Shown: one piece after another, positions 13,161-27,952 of the stretch
Layout of the letters: each line of letters opens with the position of its first letter
Numbering within the stretch: the first letter of the stretch is position 1
From: Octopus vulgaris
Taxonomy: Eukaryota
Assembly: GCA_951406725.2 (NCBI GenBank)
Contig: OX597815.1
Coordinates: 76,074,001 to 76,138,000 of the forward strand
DNA: 64,000 bases
Direction of reading: 5' to 3'
Translations under genes and position numbers: made by a program
The notes under the pieces: model-generated
The model's database searches: none
Told to the model about the DNA's origin: nothing
Seen by the model: the letters and a program-made list of their open reading frames with translations, nothing else

Positions 13161-14259
13161 TTCCAGAATTCTTTTAGAAATTTTTTTTGTTGAAAAATGA
13201 CATACGAGAAGTTGACTCATTTAATGTCAGAATAGATTTTTACAGAAAAAATATAATGAAGTTGACTTTTATTTATTCTGGATAGTATAATGCTTACGTT
13301 TTCTGTATAAATTTACTAAAACCATTAAATAGGTAACCACTTTTTGAAGTTTGACGTTCATACTGATAATCATGGTCCAGGCCATATTTTATACATTGCT
13401 TGGAGTTTCTACCTATTGCAATGGAGCCCAACAATCTCCTTAAATATATCGGTTTTTCTCTGCTTAGAGAATTTAGCTTGCATTTGCACCAGGAAGCTAT
13501 TTGCTCGCTTTCTTCACGTTACAACACAATGAAATTCCTCACTGCCGATATCACCACTATCAGCTTTTACTGCATGTAATGTTGACAATGACTTCATAAT
13601 TCATCTTTGCACATGTAAACTCACTAAGTGAATATGACTTAGCGTTCCTACAGAAACCTTCATTTACCTTATACGATGTTTAATGTCATTTCACATTTAT
13701 ATTGACTTATGCAGCAATCTTATGTTCTCTTCATAGAACACTTGTAATGTATTACCAATTCTTTTGGTATAGTAGATTTTTGCTATTCTTGGATATGTCT
13801 TCTCACAGACATGTATATTCTAACAAGTTGCTTCTTAAAATTCGCACCTTTCTTGTTCAATAAACACTGAGTTAAAATTACAAAGCTGTTTATTTCCTCC
13901 TTTGGATTTTTAATGTTTATTTTAGTGGGTTACCAAACTATCAGGTTGGTCTCCTGGCTAAAATGACAAATTTCTAAGTTTGCTTGAAATGTGAAAGGGA
14001 TTAAAATTTCGATACTCCGTATCAAAGGTTCGGACAAGAATAGGCAGAAAATTAGAGCTTGAGACAAGACACTTTCAACTTGTGTTTACATAATCAGTTT
14101 GATCAGTCACTTTCTTCCATTGGTTGAGTAAAGTGTCATCTAAGCTGATGTTTATTGCTAATTAAATGTATTTTGCAACACTTGTGCATATTTATCAGCT
14201 TTGTTTTTGTTGATAAGAATTATCAACAACTTTCCTGTGATTGTGATTTGAGAAGGCAT

Positions 14260-15322
14260 ACAGAAATTGATAACATATTCCCATCCACTTGGCAAATTGT
14301 TGATCCCTTGAGCATAAAGTTCTCCAGGTTTTGAAGCTAAGAAACACTCAATATCATTTTAAACCACTTCACAATTGATAAACTGTTTTCTCTCTAAATA
14401 ATGTTGCATTGATCTGAAAAGATGATAGTCAGATGAAGCAATGTCACAAGAATAGGACAAGCCAAAACTTTCATAATTAGTGCCATCATCTTTTTCTGAG
14501 TGACTTGGATCATATGTGATCTTGCATTATCATGTAAGAGCAACACACTTTTATGACTGACCAATGATGAACACTTTTTCTGCAAATTTTAGTGCAATGT
14601 TTCCAGTTGACAACAATATATCATTACACTGACCATTTTGTTTTTTGGGTTTGGAAATGGATTCTCTTTTTCCACTGTTTGCTAACCATTGTTGTTTTTG
14701 TAAGATATGATTGTAGGGAACCTGCATTTCATCACAAGTGATGATTCTATACAGGAAAGGTTTGGTAACAAGTCTACTCCTCAAGGACAAACAGGGGGAA
14801 ATTCTCTGATTAAACTGTGAAGTGGTCAGATGAGGGACCCACTGACCAAGTTTAGGCACTTTTCCTAGTTCATGAAATGTGACTTAAACTGGCCGTTTTG
14901 CTAATTCTTGTGCAGTTTGCCTTGGGTTTTCTTCAACTACAGGTTTCAGAACATAGTTTTCCAGATCAAGAGGAATATGCAAGAAAAAAAAAGTTTCCTG
15001 AGTGAAACTGGTCAAAACATCATTGGCATGTCTGGACACGTAAAGCTTCACTTCCATAAACAGAATGGATATTCTTTGCCACTTCCATTGTTGAAGGGCC
15101 CTTTTGAATTCATGCAGCAAACAGTGTCTGATAAAGGTCTGATTTAAACTAATTGAAAAGGATAACAGTAATATGAATTTAGCTACTATGGTATAAAGTA
15201 AACTGCAAAGAAAATTAAAAAAAAACATTAGACTGTAAAGATTAATGCTTATTTCACTTGGAAAAGTACCTTCAAAGTGATCATATCAAAGATGTAACAG
15301 AATTTTCTTTCCAACCAAATAT
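14260..15322 (-). mobile_element. Degraded mariner transposon
   Basis: Fragments IRHCLLHEFKR, VEENPRQTAQELA, LGQWVPHL, RIITCDE, LLLHDNARSH and FLASKPGELYAQGINNLPSGW occur in order; many frameshifts. Confidence 0.85.
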
Positions 15323-16989
15323 ATAACTTGGCCAAATTTGCATGTTTCTCTTTTTAGCCCTGATCAATTGCTGACCTTTCACAAAGCTCAAGTGAGAACT
15401 ATATTTGAGTAATACTTACTTGTTTGGGATGGCACTCAGTTACACTAAGAAACAACCTGATTAGCAAAGATTCACTCAATTGGCTACAATATTGACTTGA
15501 AGACATACTTCTGCTACAACAGTAATACATTTTGCCCTTTTGAATGAGACAGCTCATTATTGCTTCCACCCAAAATCACTCATTGTTTTTATATCTCCTC
15601 TTTTCTGTATCTCATCCCAAATTTCACATGAACACTTCCCCCAATCCTTTTTTTTCATCAGAAAAATTTCATCTAGTTCATGAAATTCATTCTAAGCCCA
15701 CTTATAGAAGTCGAAGATGAACATCAAGTTTATTGTTGATTTCACTAGTCTGTCGAGAGCCAAAGATCATAAAAGGTGTTCATCCTACTCCTACTGAAAA
15801 CATACTCGTTATTAATCATGCTTGCATATTATATTTTTCTTTATCTAAAGAAGTTAAGCAGCTTCTTTCTCATTGTTTCTTGGCTTCATCATATTCTTTA
15901 ATTCTGACTCTGAAGTCAGTGAAATATATCCTCTCTCTCTCTCTCGACAAAAAAAGTCAAATTAATAAAACTCATTACTTTTTATTGAAATATTAATAAC
16001 GGATGGAAAAAAAAAAGATTCCTTCTGTGAAATGCATTTCAAGAAGATTCTGCATTCTGTTTAACAGAGAACTGAGAGATTGAGTGAATGGAGAGAGAGA
16101 AGGTGGATGAAAATTTGTTCAACATACAGCTGGCATTAAGTTAACCAAGTATAAGAGACTTTCTTTCAAATTTCTTTTTGACCGACCTTTATTTTTGCTT
16201 ATTAACTAATTTTGCTATGACCCATTTCATCTGCTACTGATTCAGTATTGAATACACAGTTACTATTTTAGTGGAAATTATATAGTTTCAATATCTGGTA
16301 AATCAAAACTGCTACTAATATAAGAATTTATTTAAAACTATGACAAGCTAGATGCTACTTATGCAAGTGCTGTGGTTTGCTAATAAATAATATTTTGGCG
16401 TTGTACATGTTTGGTAAGTAACTTGATCTGAGATGGTGTGCTGAAACTGAAACAATTACATACTGGAAGAGTCATGATAGCCATTTAAAACGCCGCCCAA
16501 AACGGTTATATCCATTTTTTACTTTATACTTTATCCTATAATGTGCCAAAAACTCATAATAGAGAAAAAGATGTTGAAACTATATATGCTATAATACAGT
16601 TGCACAATAAAACAAAAGTGAATAATATGCAAGTATTAAATGGCTATTATAATTTTATTGCCATGATATTGTTGAAAATATTATGCACAAAATAGCCAAA
16701 TTGCCCAATAGTTGTTCTAATACTTTTAACTGTTTCAACAGTTTTTATAGTAAGATAAAATAAAGAATTTAGTACCCAAAATTCATCATGTATTAAATAT
16801 TTTTTTACAGAAATGGAGTGTTGTTGTGAAACACCTTCAGTATAAAAGCTCTGTTTCAAAGAATATATCATTCACTATGATCAGAATTGTCTACTATGCT
16901 GGATGATAAAAAAAATGACTTCCAACAGAAGCAAAAGTCACTAGATTTGTAGAGGTAGCTAAGCAGGAATTTGTTCATGCTTTTCCCAA

Positions 16990-17480
16990 GCATTGTTGCT
17001 AGAGACCTAACAGACTACCTACTGATGAACTCCAACATTGATACAGCCATTCAAGAAGGAAGGATCCAAAATGTACTAGTGTACCTAGAGTATATAGATG
17101 TGGTTAAGTAATTGATCAGAGAAGCTCAAAAGAACATGGGTGACTTGGTAGTGTTGTGGCTGGCCCTTGAAAATGCTTATGGGTCCTTACTCCACAAGCT
17201 AATTACAGAAGTATTGAACAGGCAATGTTCCCCAGACAGGTTCAGAGAACCTATCTGGAATACAACTATTTTAATCCGAGTTTCAGTTAGTCCTACAACA
17301 TCATGGTGCACGCTCAAGAAGAGTATTATCACTGAATGTATCATTTAGTGATCTTTATCACACTCACCATCAATATACTGGTAAATTTGGATAAGCACAG
17401 TGCAAAGGGCTTCTCCCCAAGTCCAGTGTTAGGCACACACACTCATCCCACTTCCCGTTAAGGCCTTATAGATGGTCATG
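16990..17480 (+). mobile_element. Reverse transcriptase fragment of a Hero/NeSL-like non-LTR retrotransposon
   Basis: IREAQKNMGDLVVLWLALENAYGSLLHKLI resembles WLDLxNAYGSIPH; LKKSIITECII resembles GIxxGCxIS. Confidence 0.7.
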
Positions 17481-18129
17481 TTGCTTTTACCTGCCCAGCT
17501 AGGCTGAATACAGGTAAGTTGATTACACACGGGTGCTTTTACATGTTTACAAGATACTGATTCCTAGACGTTGATTTCCAGTCTCAGAACTAGATATGTG
17601 TTCCAGTGTAGTCTCTGTAACTTGGAAGATTCGTAGCTCCTATTAGAAAAAGAATTCATCTCTTTCATTGAAAGGTTTTGTATGTCCTCCAATTTCTTTC
17701 TTTTATTTTTGTCTCCTCACAATTCACTATTGAAATTATCAGTGCAGTATCAACTACATGTTAACTCCACTCTTATTCAGATTTTATAAACCCTTATATC
17801 ACTGAGCTAGTTTATATAGATGACACTGAAATATTTTAATTATTTTCTTCAAGTCTCTTTCCCTAATTAAATCATTAATAAATAAACAAATTGTTAATAA
17901 ATATCAGTGAATTCTAATTCTTGCAGTACTAGCTGCCATTATGTTTGCAAATCAAACGAAGAAAAATCCAGAGAAATTCACTTGACTAAAATATAAAAAA
18001 TAAACATGTAGTGCAAATAGGAAATTTTGGACAGGAAGTTCTTTCTAAGTTCACACAGGAGAGTGCATAGTCTCAATTTATGACCCCAAGCAACAATACT
18101 TGTTTGAATTGTGGTTTCATAAAGTTCAG

Positions 18130-19665
18130 GAGTTGGCAACAGGCTCCAATCTGATTTAGCAAGGTTTCTACAGCTGGATGCCCTTCTTAATGCCAACCAC
18201 TCTGAGAGTGTAGTGGGTGCTTTTTATGTGCCACCAGCACAGAAGTCAGTCGGAAGGCACTGGCATTGACCACATTCGGATGGTGCTTTTTACGTGCCAC
18301 TGGCATGAGAGCCAGTCAAGTGGCACTGACATTGACTCACACTTGAATGATGCTTATTATGTGCCACCAGCATGAGTGCCAGTCAGGTAGCACTGGCATT
18401 GGCTACAACTATGATTTCCATTTTGATTATGATTGACTCAATTGGTCTTCTCAAGCACAGCGTATCACCCACTGATTCAAGGGTACTTTTAAATAGGCTG
18501 CTTATGCAACACTGGTATCGGCTACAGCTGTGATCTCACTTACTGGGTCATTGGCCACAGTTTGATTTCACTTAACTCAACAGGTCTTCTCAAGCACAGT
18601 GTATCACCTGACGAGTCAAGGGTACTTTTAAATGGGCTGGCTATGTGACACTGGTGTCAGTCACAGTTGTGATCTCACTTTACTTGCCAGGTCTTCTCTA
18701 AAGGTCTTGGTCTGTTGTCATTGCCTCTGTGAGGTTTAACATTCGAAGGTCATGCTTCACCACCTCATCTCATGTCTTCCTGAGTTTCCCTCTTCTACAG
18801 GTTCCTTCCATTGTTAGGGTGTGACACTTCTTCCAACATTTCTCTCAGGGCGCTTATACTCTGTCATGTGCACACTGACATTATACATCCAGCGGATCAT
18901 ACCAGCTTCTTTTCTTTCAAGCCTATGTATGTCCTCAACAGTCATGGCCCATGTTTCACTGCTGTGTTACATGGCATGTTCGCACACATGCATCATACAG
19001 TCTACCTTTCACTGAGTGAGAGGCCCTTTGTTACCAGCAGAGGTAGGAGCTTTCTGAACTTTGCCCAGGCTATTCTTATTCTAATGGCAACACTTTCAGA
19101 GCAACCACCCCCACTACAGACTTGTTCACCTAGGTAGCAGAAGCTATCAACCTCTTCTAGTTTCTTCCTCTGGCATGTGATGGAATCTGTTTTCTGTACA
19201 TCATCGGTGTTTATTGTCCCTGTACATCTGCTATACACAAAAACTATCTTCCTGGTTAACCCTCCTTTGATATTGCTGCACCTCTTATGTGTCCATAGTT
19301 TATACTGGGTACATCTTATGGAGTTTCTTCCTACACCTTTTCTACAGTTCAAGCGAGGCCATCTACATGAAGTGGTTTGTGATTTGTTTGCCTTCCTACT
19401 TACTACGACTTTGGCTTTTGCTAGATTGACTCTAAGGCCTTTTGATTCTAGATCTTGCTTCCACACTTGAAACTTCATCTCTAGTTCTGGTTGTGACTCA
19501 GCTATTAGAGCAAGGTCATCAGCATAGAGGAGCTCCCAGGGGCAACCTGGAAGACTATGATGAATAAGAGGGGGCCAAGGACTGATCCTTAGTGAACCCC
19601 TACTTCTACCCGGAATTCTTCACTATACTTGTTGCCAACCCTCACCTTACTGACAGCATCCCTGT
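18130..19665 (-). mobile_element. 5'-truncated RTE-clade LINE (RT C-terminal half and 3' UTR)
   Basis: Reverse strand GCPWELLYADDLALIAES near 19500-19548, GLRVNLAKAK, DSFCYLG, RIRIAWAKFRKLLPLL; three 66-67-bp repeats at 18216-18410. Confidence 0.9.
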
Positions 19666-20289
19666 TTGTGTATGTATGTGTGTTTCTATCATCAATACTA
19701 AACAACCACCAAAAGTAGTAGTATGAAGTAGGTAAGCAAATCTATTTCAAAGAAAAACAGAATGTGGTATACTATTGTATTTTAAAAGTTGAATGGAATG
19801 TCTTTCATCTTAGGTCTGTGAGGATTGACTTGAGATTAAATACCCACAAGAATACAGTAAGCAAGAACAATATGACCACCACACCATGAACAATACCTGC
19901 CCACCATCACTAACATCTAAATCAATGCAACTCACATTATCTCCCCTATCAACCCACCTACTTTTGAATTCAACTGGCTACAAAAGGTATCAGCATATAT
20001 ACCAACATGTGTGTGTATGAGTGTTTGTATATATACTTTTGTGTGTATTTATGTCTTAAGTCATAAGTGCAAGAGGTGAATTTCCTATAAAATCTGGTGA
20101 CCATTCAGCTAACTATCATCAATAGTCCTTTCTCTTCCTCTGTCCTTCAACTTTCCATCTCATTTTCATTATGGCATCAATAAGGCTATTTTCTGCTCTC
20201 AGATTTTTCCTGAGCCAATTTTTTTTTACTAAATATTTGTTGTGGATAATTTATTGCCACTGCTGTTGGATTTTCTTTCAATTTAAGAT

Positions 20290-21760
20290 GTTTGGAAAGA
20301 AGCTACAGTTGTGCAAAGAGGAACTGTAAAGGTATTACACTGGATATTAAACTTGATGTTTTAAAAAGACTTGATGCAGAAGTAAAACTAAGTTATATTG
20401 CCAAAACATTAAATCTACAGTGGGAAAAATTTGTGACAACAAAGCGAAAATTATATCAAGTGTCCCAAGAAGCTACCCTTTTAATTGTTCAGACTTTATT
20501 TTTCTATAGATCTAATGTAAAACTTAAAATGGAAAGACTCTTGAGTGTATGGATCAACGATCAGAATCATTGTAATGTGCCAATAAACATGATGGTTATT
20601 CAAACAGGAGCTAAATGTTTGTGATGATTTGCAGAAGAATGAGTGTGAAGGGAGGAGGGGTGGAACTTCTAATGACCACATCTTTTTGGCTAGTAAAGGT
20701 TGGTTTGAAAGGTTTAAGAAGTGCATGAATTTGCACAATGTAAAAACATTCATACAGAAGCTACTTCTAATTATCCTGGGCAGTTGAAGAAAATGATTGC
20801 TGAAGGTAGCTACACATAGGTATATAATGTTGATGAGACTGCACTTTTCTGGAAGCACATACCTGCTAGAATTTTTATTTCTTGAGAAGAAAAAATCAAT
20901 ACCAAGATTTAAAGCTTTCAAAAATTGTCTGACACTTCTTTTGGAAGGAAGTACGTGAAAAGGTTTATGGCCAGACTATCGGTGACATAATAAGTTTTCC
21001 TCAAGCAGAAAGTCTACATGAAATTTGGAAAGATATTGTGACACTTGTAAAGGATGTAGGATTTCAAGAAGTCATGGTGTGACTGAGTTACTAATATCCC
21101 AGGGAGAAAGTTTAGCTAACAAGGAGCTGATGCTGTTAAGAAAAGAACAAACAGAATATAGATAAGACAATGGAAATTCCACCTACACCACTTAAATTAT
21201 TACTAAATGGTTGGCACTTATAGACAGTCTGCAAATGTTTACCAATAATGATCCTAATTGTGAATGTAATATAAAAATTACAGGAGTTTACAATGAGCTC
21301 AGTTCCTATACTGAGCTGTACAAAGAGATGATGTCATAAACAACAAACAACTTTGGATAAGTTCTTCACCCATCAAACTGATGTTGGTGATAATGAACTA
21401 TAAGATGGTAAATATTGTCCCTCATCCTCCTAGTAATGCTCATTCCACCACCATCCCCCACACAGTAAACATCATTTGTGGTAAGAATGTACTCTTATGA
21501 TATTATGATTCTTATTAATTCCCTAGCTTATTCCTCTTGAAATGTTTGTGTTTTTATGTATCTGTGTCGTACAGTATTTGTTTAGAAATAATTATTTTCA
21601 TGTATAAAGGTAATTATGTTGCTGGTTCTCTGTTGTTTTCTTGTGCTTTAAATTATTTTTTAAATGCTTACAGGAACACATTGATAATTTAAAAATTAAC
21701 AGGAAAATTTATTTTAATTTATGGAATTTTGCATTATTTCTATAAAGTAAGTGATTCCTG
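20290..21760 (+). mobile_element. Degraded Tigger/pogo transposon (CENP-B-like HTH and DDE)
   Basis: ITLDIKLDVLKRLD, MERLLSVWINDQ, LASKGWFERFKK (about 20686-20721), YNVDETALFWK (about 20823-20856); possible right end at cctg|TA near 21760. Confidence 0.8.
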
Positions 21761-24539
21761 TATATGCAACCACCTTCCACACAGTTTGTGTTAACTAAAT
21801 TCACTCACAAGGCATTGGTTGACCCAGGGTTATAGTAGAAAAAAACTTGCCCAGAGTGCTGGGATTGAACCCAAAACCTCATGGTTGCAAAGTGAAGTTC
21901 TTAACCACACAACCATATATTTATATGTCTAGGTCCTTTTATCAATCTTTGTGAATCTTTTGTGTCATCAGGATTTTTTATGCTTTCAAACCTTGCCTTC
22001 TGTATATTTATATTTCTGGGTTTAAGTATGGAAATCTTTCTAGTTATATATATATATATATTATTCACTCTTTTATTTTGTAGGTCCTTGAAATTCCTGA
22101 ATAGATTTGCTTTATTACTCTACCAGTGAGAACTGGCGTGTCTCATACTATTAAATTTTTTTGTACTATGTGCTTGTACTACTTATATTTTTTATGCTCA
22201 TGATTATTGTGTTTAGTAGAGAGGAAATTATAGATGCCTCAAACCATGTCATGAAAGTAGCTTAAAGAGATTTAGCAAAGTTAGTTCAGGACTGGATTAG
22301 CTTAGAAAGGCTGCAGCTTGAATTTGTGCCACATTGCAGAAACCATATTTTTAGTAAGAGTTGTGAGAATTTATTAGCTGTGAACAAATGACTCTGCTTC
22401 TAATTTTTCATAATTTAGTTAGAGGGAAAAGCAGCACCCCTCACCTTTGTAGACCCCTGTCAGACTAATAAGATTGATGTGGTTGATCATTTTGGGAAGA
22501 AAGGATTGGGTGAGGGAGTTAGTGCAGGATCAGGAGGGTGAGACACAACAGAGGTGAAAAGAAGAAAAATAGGTAGGCTTAGGTGGTGTGACTTACTAGG
22601 AGAATCAAGATAACACAGGCCACGATAATAAATAGCTGGAGAAAAGACAGGGATAAGAAGCAGCACATTCATAAGGTAGTGGTTGTAGAATGTTAGTCTG
22701 TGAATCTTTTCCAATCAGCTGGATGGCCTTTAAAAACATATAACCTTGGAAAAAAATGTATGGAAGCAAAATGATATTGCAGTATTAAAAGTAAACATAT
22801 AAATCACATTAGGTTGTATAGGAAAGAATACTGGAAGTTACTGCTATCAACTCGGAGGCTTTTAACCATCACTGGAACACTACCGTCAGAAAACTAAGGG
22901 TACCTTTGTTAATTGCACATCCTCTAAGCTGTCTCACTTCTTAAATTGCAGCAGAGCTTTGTTTTTTATCCCTTGCCAAGAGTGTATATATCTCTTAACT
23001 ACCATTCTTCAATGATTAGTGTTCTGTGAGCAGTACTTTCAACTTTTACACTGCAAACAATCTACAAAACTCTCATTTTCAACAATAATGGAAACAATTG
23101 TAAGCAATCTTCTGCATTTTGAATCCTTTATTCTCATCTCAGTGACCAGTTGTACTTGCTGTATAAAATGTACTGAAAAAGTTAATGGGTCAGGTAGAGT
23201 TAAAGGCCCCCCTCCAAGATGACACAAAACCATGTATTTGCAATGTGAATTTATGGTGCATTAGTTATTTATTTAGTTATTGTCTCATGTGGAGGATTGA
23301 TTTTTATTGGAGCTGTTTTCTTTTATAACCAGGAAGGTTACTCAAATATGGGGGAAAAAAAAAACCTCCCACTCCACTGTGAAATACAAATGGATACATT
23401 TTTGCCAGTTAATGAACTCAATTGAAATGCATAGTATGTACCTTCTCAGGAGCACAGTAAGGCTTTAGTAAGATTTGAACTTGTTTCACAATATTGTCAA
23501 TCTTCCAGTACAATACATTTGCTTTTTTTCTACTAGGAAGGTTATCTAGCTATTGGAAATCTGCCTCAATAAACTTTGTCTGACCCATGCAAGCATGGAA
23601 AATGGATATTAAAACAATGATGATGATAATGTTACTTGTTTTTTTTATTTTTATATTTAGGGTTCTTTTACTCTTGTTTCTTCGAGTCAAATTGATAGAA
23701 TAATTTCTTAACTTCATAGAATACATCATTAAAAAATATATTATGAAAATAGAAATTGTATTGTGCTTTTCTTGTGGCGTCTATATGCTAAAAAAAACTT
23801 CCATTTGACATTTCTCTCTAACATATATGAAGTGTCATTTTCCAGATGATCGGTTTCCATTTTCAAATCTCTAACTAGCATAGAAAATGGGTATTGAATA
23901 ATGATATGACCATTTTAGATTCACTGTTGTTACAATGTTATTTTAGCCAATCAAATCTGAAGCCATTTTAGTCACTTTGGTACACTCTTGGAGTGGTTGA
24001 CATCAAGAAGAACATCCAGCTGTAGAAACCATGTCAAATCAAATTGGAACCTGATGCAGCTCTCTGGCTTACCAGTTCCAGTTAAATTGTCTAACTCATA
24101 CCAGCATGGAATGTGGATGTTAAATGATGATGATGTAGAATTTGCTTGACACCAAACAAGTCTATTACTTAGGATTTTTATTCTGGCAACAACCATGTGT
24201 AAACTGTTACTTTGCTATTGGATTTCATTCTCTTTCTACTAGCTGTATGTTAGCTTTGGTCTAGCCTTGACAATAATTTCTATCAGTTTAAGTACACATA
24301 TGCTTATTTGATATTTTATTAAACCAGTATCTATTTATCTGTTCATGCATATTTCATTCTATAGCTCAAATTATTCTATTGACATGGAAACATGAACATA
24401 GCTATCTATATACATTTCTCCAACATAAATTTTCTAATTGACATATCAATGTATATTTTCTGTAAACATGTTTATATAAGCTTTACCTTTATTGTTGGAA
24501 ATTAAGATTCAGAAATATTCCTTGTCTGAATTCTGTCTT

Positions 24540-24700
24540 GTTTTGAGTATTGTGTAATTATTAATGTATTATCTTACAAACAATATCTGTCTGTCAAGAT
24601 TTACATTTCTATTGGTATTTTGCCCTATTTTGAGTGTTGTATAATAATTTTTTTACTAACAATATCTGTCTGTCAAAATTTACATCTGTTGGTATTTAAG
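24540..24700. repeat. Local tandem duplication of about 80-85 bp
   Basis: aacaatatctgtctgtcaa(g/a)atttacat..ttggtattt occurs twice. Confidence 0.75.
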
Positions 24701-26023
24701 AAATATGAAAAATTATGCACAGCCAATTTTTATGGTTATATCTATGAATAAATCTTAATTTCCTAAAAGTATAGCACAATAGTAAATTTTGACTCTAGGC
24801 TGTGTTCAATGTGGTACAGCCCCTACTTGAAACTCAAACCCCACACTGAACTGATACAGAGCCAGTTTGCACAGAAGCCTTATTATATTCAGAGCTGTCT
24901 TTTCCATGTACTTATGGAAAGACATGCTTAACTCCTCTGATACCAATCTGTTTGACATGACACCTTATTCTGCAATACAATCTCCCTGTTTTAAAATAAT
25001 CTGAATTAAAATTTATCATCAACATTTCATGGTAAATATATTTTATTTCAACAAAATTATGGTAATGAAAGTGTTAATCCTAATGATTAAGATAAATATC
25101 CTTATAGTTGATTGCTTGCAAATTTCATCTACTGGTTATTTTTGCAGCAAAATCTATTGAGGTGAATACATTTTCTTTTACTAGTATGTGAACAGTTGAT
25201 AATTGAAGATTTTACCATACTCAATCATAAACAAATTATATTTATTTTCTTTTTATTGAATGCAAAAAATAAAATGGGTGTGTTTAACTTAAAGTGATCT
25301 GATTTTTATCTTTGCTTCATCATAATTTGTATCCGTCAAGCTAATGACAAGGGGGATCTCTAAATGATAATTGACAGAGCAAATCACCAAGAAATTGTGT
25401 AGCTTATATATACAAGATTTTTTTTTTCCATCTTTTTCTAGAATTTCATATTTTGAGGATTTTAACGATTTCTGATTCAGTAAATCCTTATAGCATAATA
25501 TGTAGCATACACGATATATTTGTGAGCAATAAAAAAACAGCTGCCAGAGTATTAACCATCATATAGAGGAAAAGCATTATTTGGTTTTTGGTGATAAAAA
25601 AAGGATTGGCAGACTAGTGTATACACACACACATTTATACATACATACTCATGTACACAGATGTATGTGCAGTAGTAGTAATTACTATTAGTGTATTTGA
25701 TATATTTTATATAGTTTTGACATTTTTAGATTTAACCAAGTAAAAGTTTGATGTCAGAGGCTAGAGTGCACTGCTGTTCACACATGGTAGTTTAATGGCA
25801 TACAAATATAAATTTTATGGATGAGAGGCAGAGAGTACATATATTTTTTGCATGTATTTCTATTTCCAATCAATGCTGATTTATTTAGGGTCCATCTCTG
25901 CTGTTTAAGGGTTGATGTAGTAAAGTACAAGTCAATATGGGGTGGGGTTTGAAGGTATTGAGTAACTGCTCTGCTCGAAATTGCTGACCTTGTTCCTAAA
26001 ACTAGAAGCAATTGTTATTAATG

Positions 26024-26247
26024 TGGTAAGCTGGCAGAAACATTAGCATGCTGACAAAATGCTTAGCAGCATTTCATCCAGTTTTATGTTCTGAGTTCAA
26101 ATGCTGCTGAGGTAAACTTTGCCTTTCACCCTTTTGGGGTTGATAAAATAAAGTAGCAGTTGTATACTGGAGTTGATAGTATCAGCTAGCCCCTACCCCC
26201 AAATTTTAGGCCTTGTGTGCCTATACTAGAAAGGATTATTATTATTA
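26024..26247 (+). mobile_element. tRNA-derived SINE family B (central domain resembling Meta/MESC-type SINEs)
   Basis: A-box-like agctggcagaaacatt, B-box gagttcaaatgc, central ACTTTGCCTTTCACCCTTTTGGGGTTGATAAAAT and (ATT)n tail. Related copies at about 30940-31130, 47624-47810 and 58130-58315. Confidence 0.8.
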
Positions 26248-27529
26248 TATAATTATTAATGTTACAGTGAATGAGTTAAATTAACTTTAATGTTTAGTGT
26301 CTTTGTGTGATAAAATCTCGCCGGAGTTAGACTTTTATTCTTCTAAGATTGTTTGAATTAATGCCAGAAGGAAGCTGGAAGTAATTATATTGCCTATTGT
26401 CTTTGTGGCAATATAATTATCTGTAATATATTGTGGCTCATTCAGTCAACTATAACAGTTCTCTAAAAGTTTTGGACTTATCCCTCATCAGACAAAATTA
26501 TTAATTACACAGAAACCTCAATCATACACTCACTAGTTGTCATTGTTGTTATCTACATAATATATATGTTTGTTGTTTTCCATCATGCTAATCTTATGTT
26601 CTTTTCCATCATTCCAAATCTTATGTTAACTTGTCCGTATGGCATAGCATCTTCAAATATAACAGTATTGTCTTTCCTTATCTTTTACCATGCACACGCT
26701 TCTTTTTCTCATCAACTCATTACATTTTTACTTTTGAGTTGTATGCTAATTAAAAATTATATCTATCTACACAAGTACACATGCACATGTATGTATGTAC
26801 ATGTGTGCATGATGTATGTGTGTGTGTGTGTGTGTATGTCTCTCTCTCTCACGCACAAACACACACACACACACACACATCCATCCTATAGCCTTATCCT
26901 GTACTGATGGTTTAAGCTGTTGATATTCAACATCCTCTTTAATCCATCACTTCTATTTTTCAAATTGTTTGGTTAAAAGTTTCTAAGAGTATATATACTT
27001 TAAAATATCTATCCTATTCAAATACTGATACAGTTAAATATGCTTGCTTTGTTACACTAATTTTATATTCCACTGGATATTGAAAAGGTGAACCTAAAGT
27101 GAATGTTTGGTATGCTAAGCATTTCAAACATGTAAACTCAGAAATTGTTTTTATATTTTCAATGACCATGTCCTTATTTTGTATTATTTATTTAACTTGT
27201 TTATGAAAAGCTAACATTTTTCATTGTTTTATTTCTAATTTATGCACCACAAGGGAATAAAGGGTTCCTAAGTCATTGCGTATGGAGGAAGAATACAAGT
27301 GTATGGTGCAGTGTATTGTAGGTGACATAAAAATATTGGCAGGAAAAAATCCTATATTAACACACTAAGGTTAGAATGGAGTTAAGGGAACAATGTAGGT
27401 TGAAGACTATTTGGTAGTGTTGGAAGCATTCTTAAGCAATTGTCATTAATGTTGGAAACAATATGCATAGATCATTGGATATTCAAAATGAAGTTACATT
27501 TACAATAAGAATAGTTTCTCTACAAGCAT

Positions 27530-27690
27530 AGGGGCAGGAGTGGCTGTGTGGTAAGTAGCTTGTTTACCAACCACATGGTTCCGGGTTCAGTCCCACTGCG
27601 TGGCACCTTGGGCAAGTGTCTTCTACTATAGCCTCGGGCTGACCAAAGCCTTGTGAGTAGATGGAAACTGAAAGAAGCCTGTCGTATATA

Positions 27691-27742
<52 letters not shown>

Positions 27743-27952
27743 TGTCTGTGTTTGTCCCCCTAGCATTGCTTGACAACCGATGGTGGTGTGTTTACGTTCC
27801 CGTTACTTAGCGGTTCGGCAAAAAGAGACAGATAGAATAAGTACTGGGCTTACAAAAAGAATAAGTCTCGGGGTTGAGTTGCTCGATTAAAGGCGGTGCT
27901 CCAGCATGGCTGCAGGCAAATGACTGAAACAAGTAAAAGAGAGAGAGAGAGA
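27530..27952 (+). mobile_element. SINE family A, young copy
   Basis: GGGGCAGGAGTGGCTGTGTGGTAAG ... GGCACCTTGGGCAAGTG ... (TA)n ... GACTGAAACAAGTAAAAGAGAG. Confidence 0.9.

Noticed and set aside
17022-17060. CTGATGA hammerhead-like core
   Set aside because: No stem II or GAAA follows; it lies inside an RT coding remnant.
22060-22140. Acceptor-like ttttattttgtag as an extra REPS1 exon
   Set aside because: No convincing open frame, donor or similarity; such tracts are common in AT-rich introns.
27530-27605. Possible tRNA genes at SINE heads (also 26024, 39810, 48670)
   Set aside because: A and B boxes are present but there is no complete cloverleaf, and each runs into repeat body sequence.
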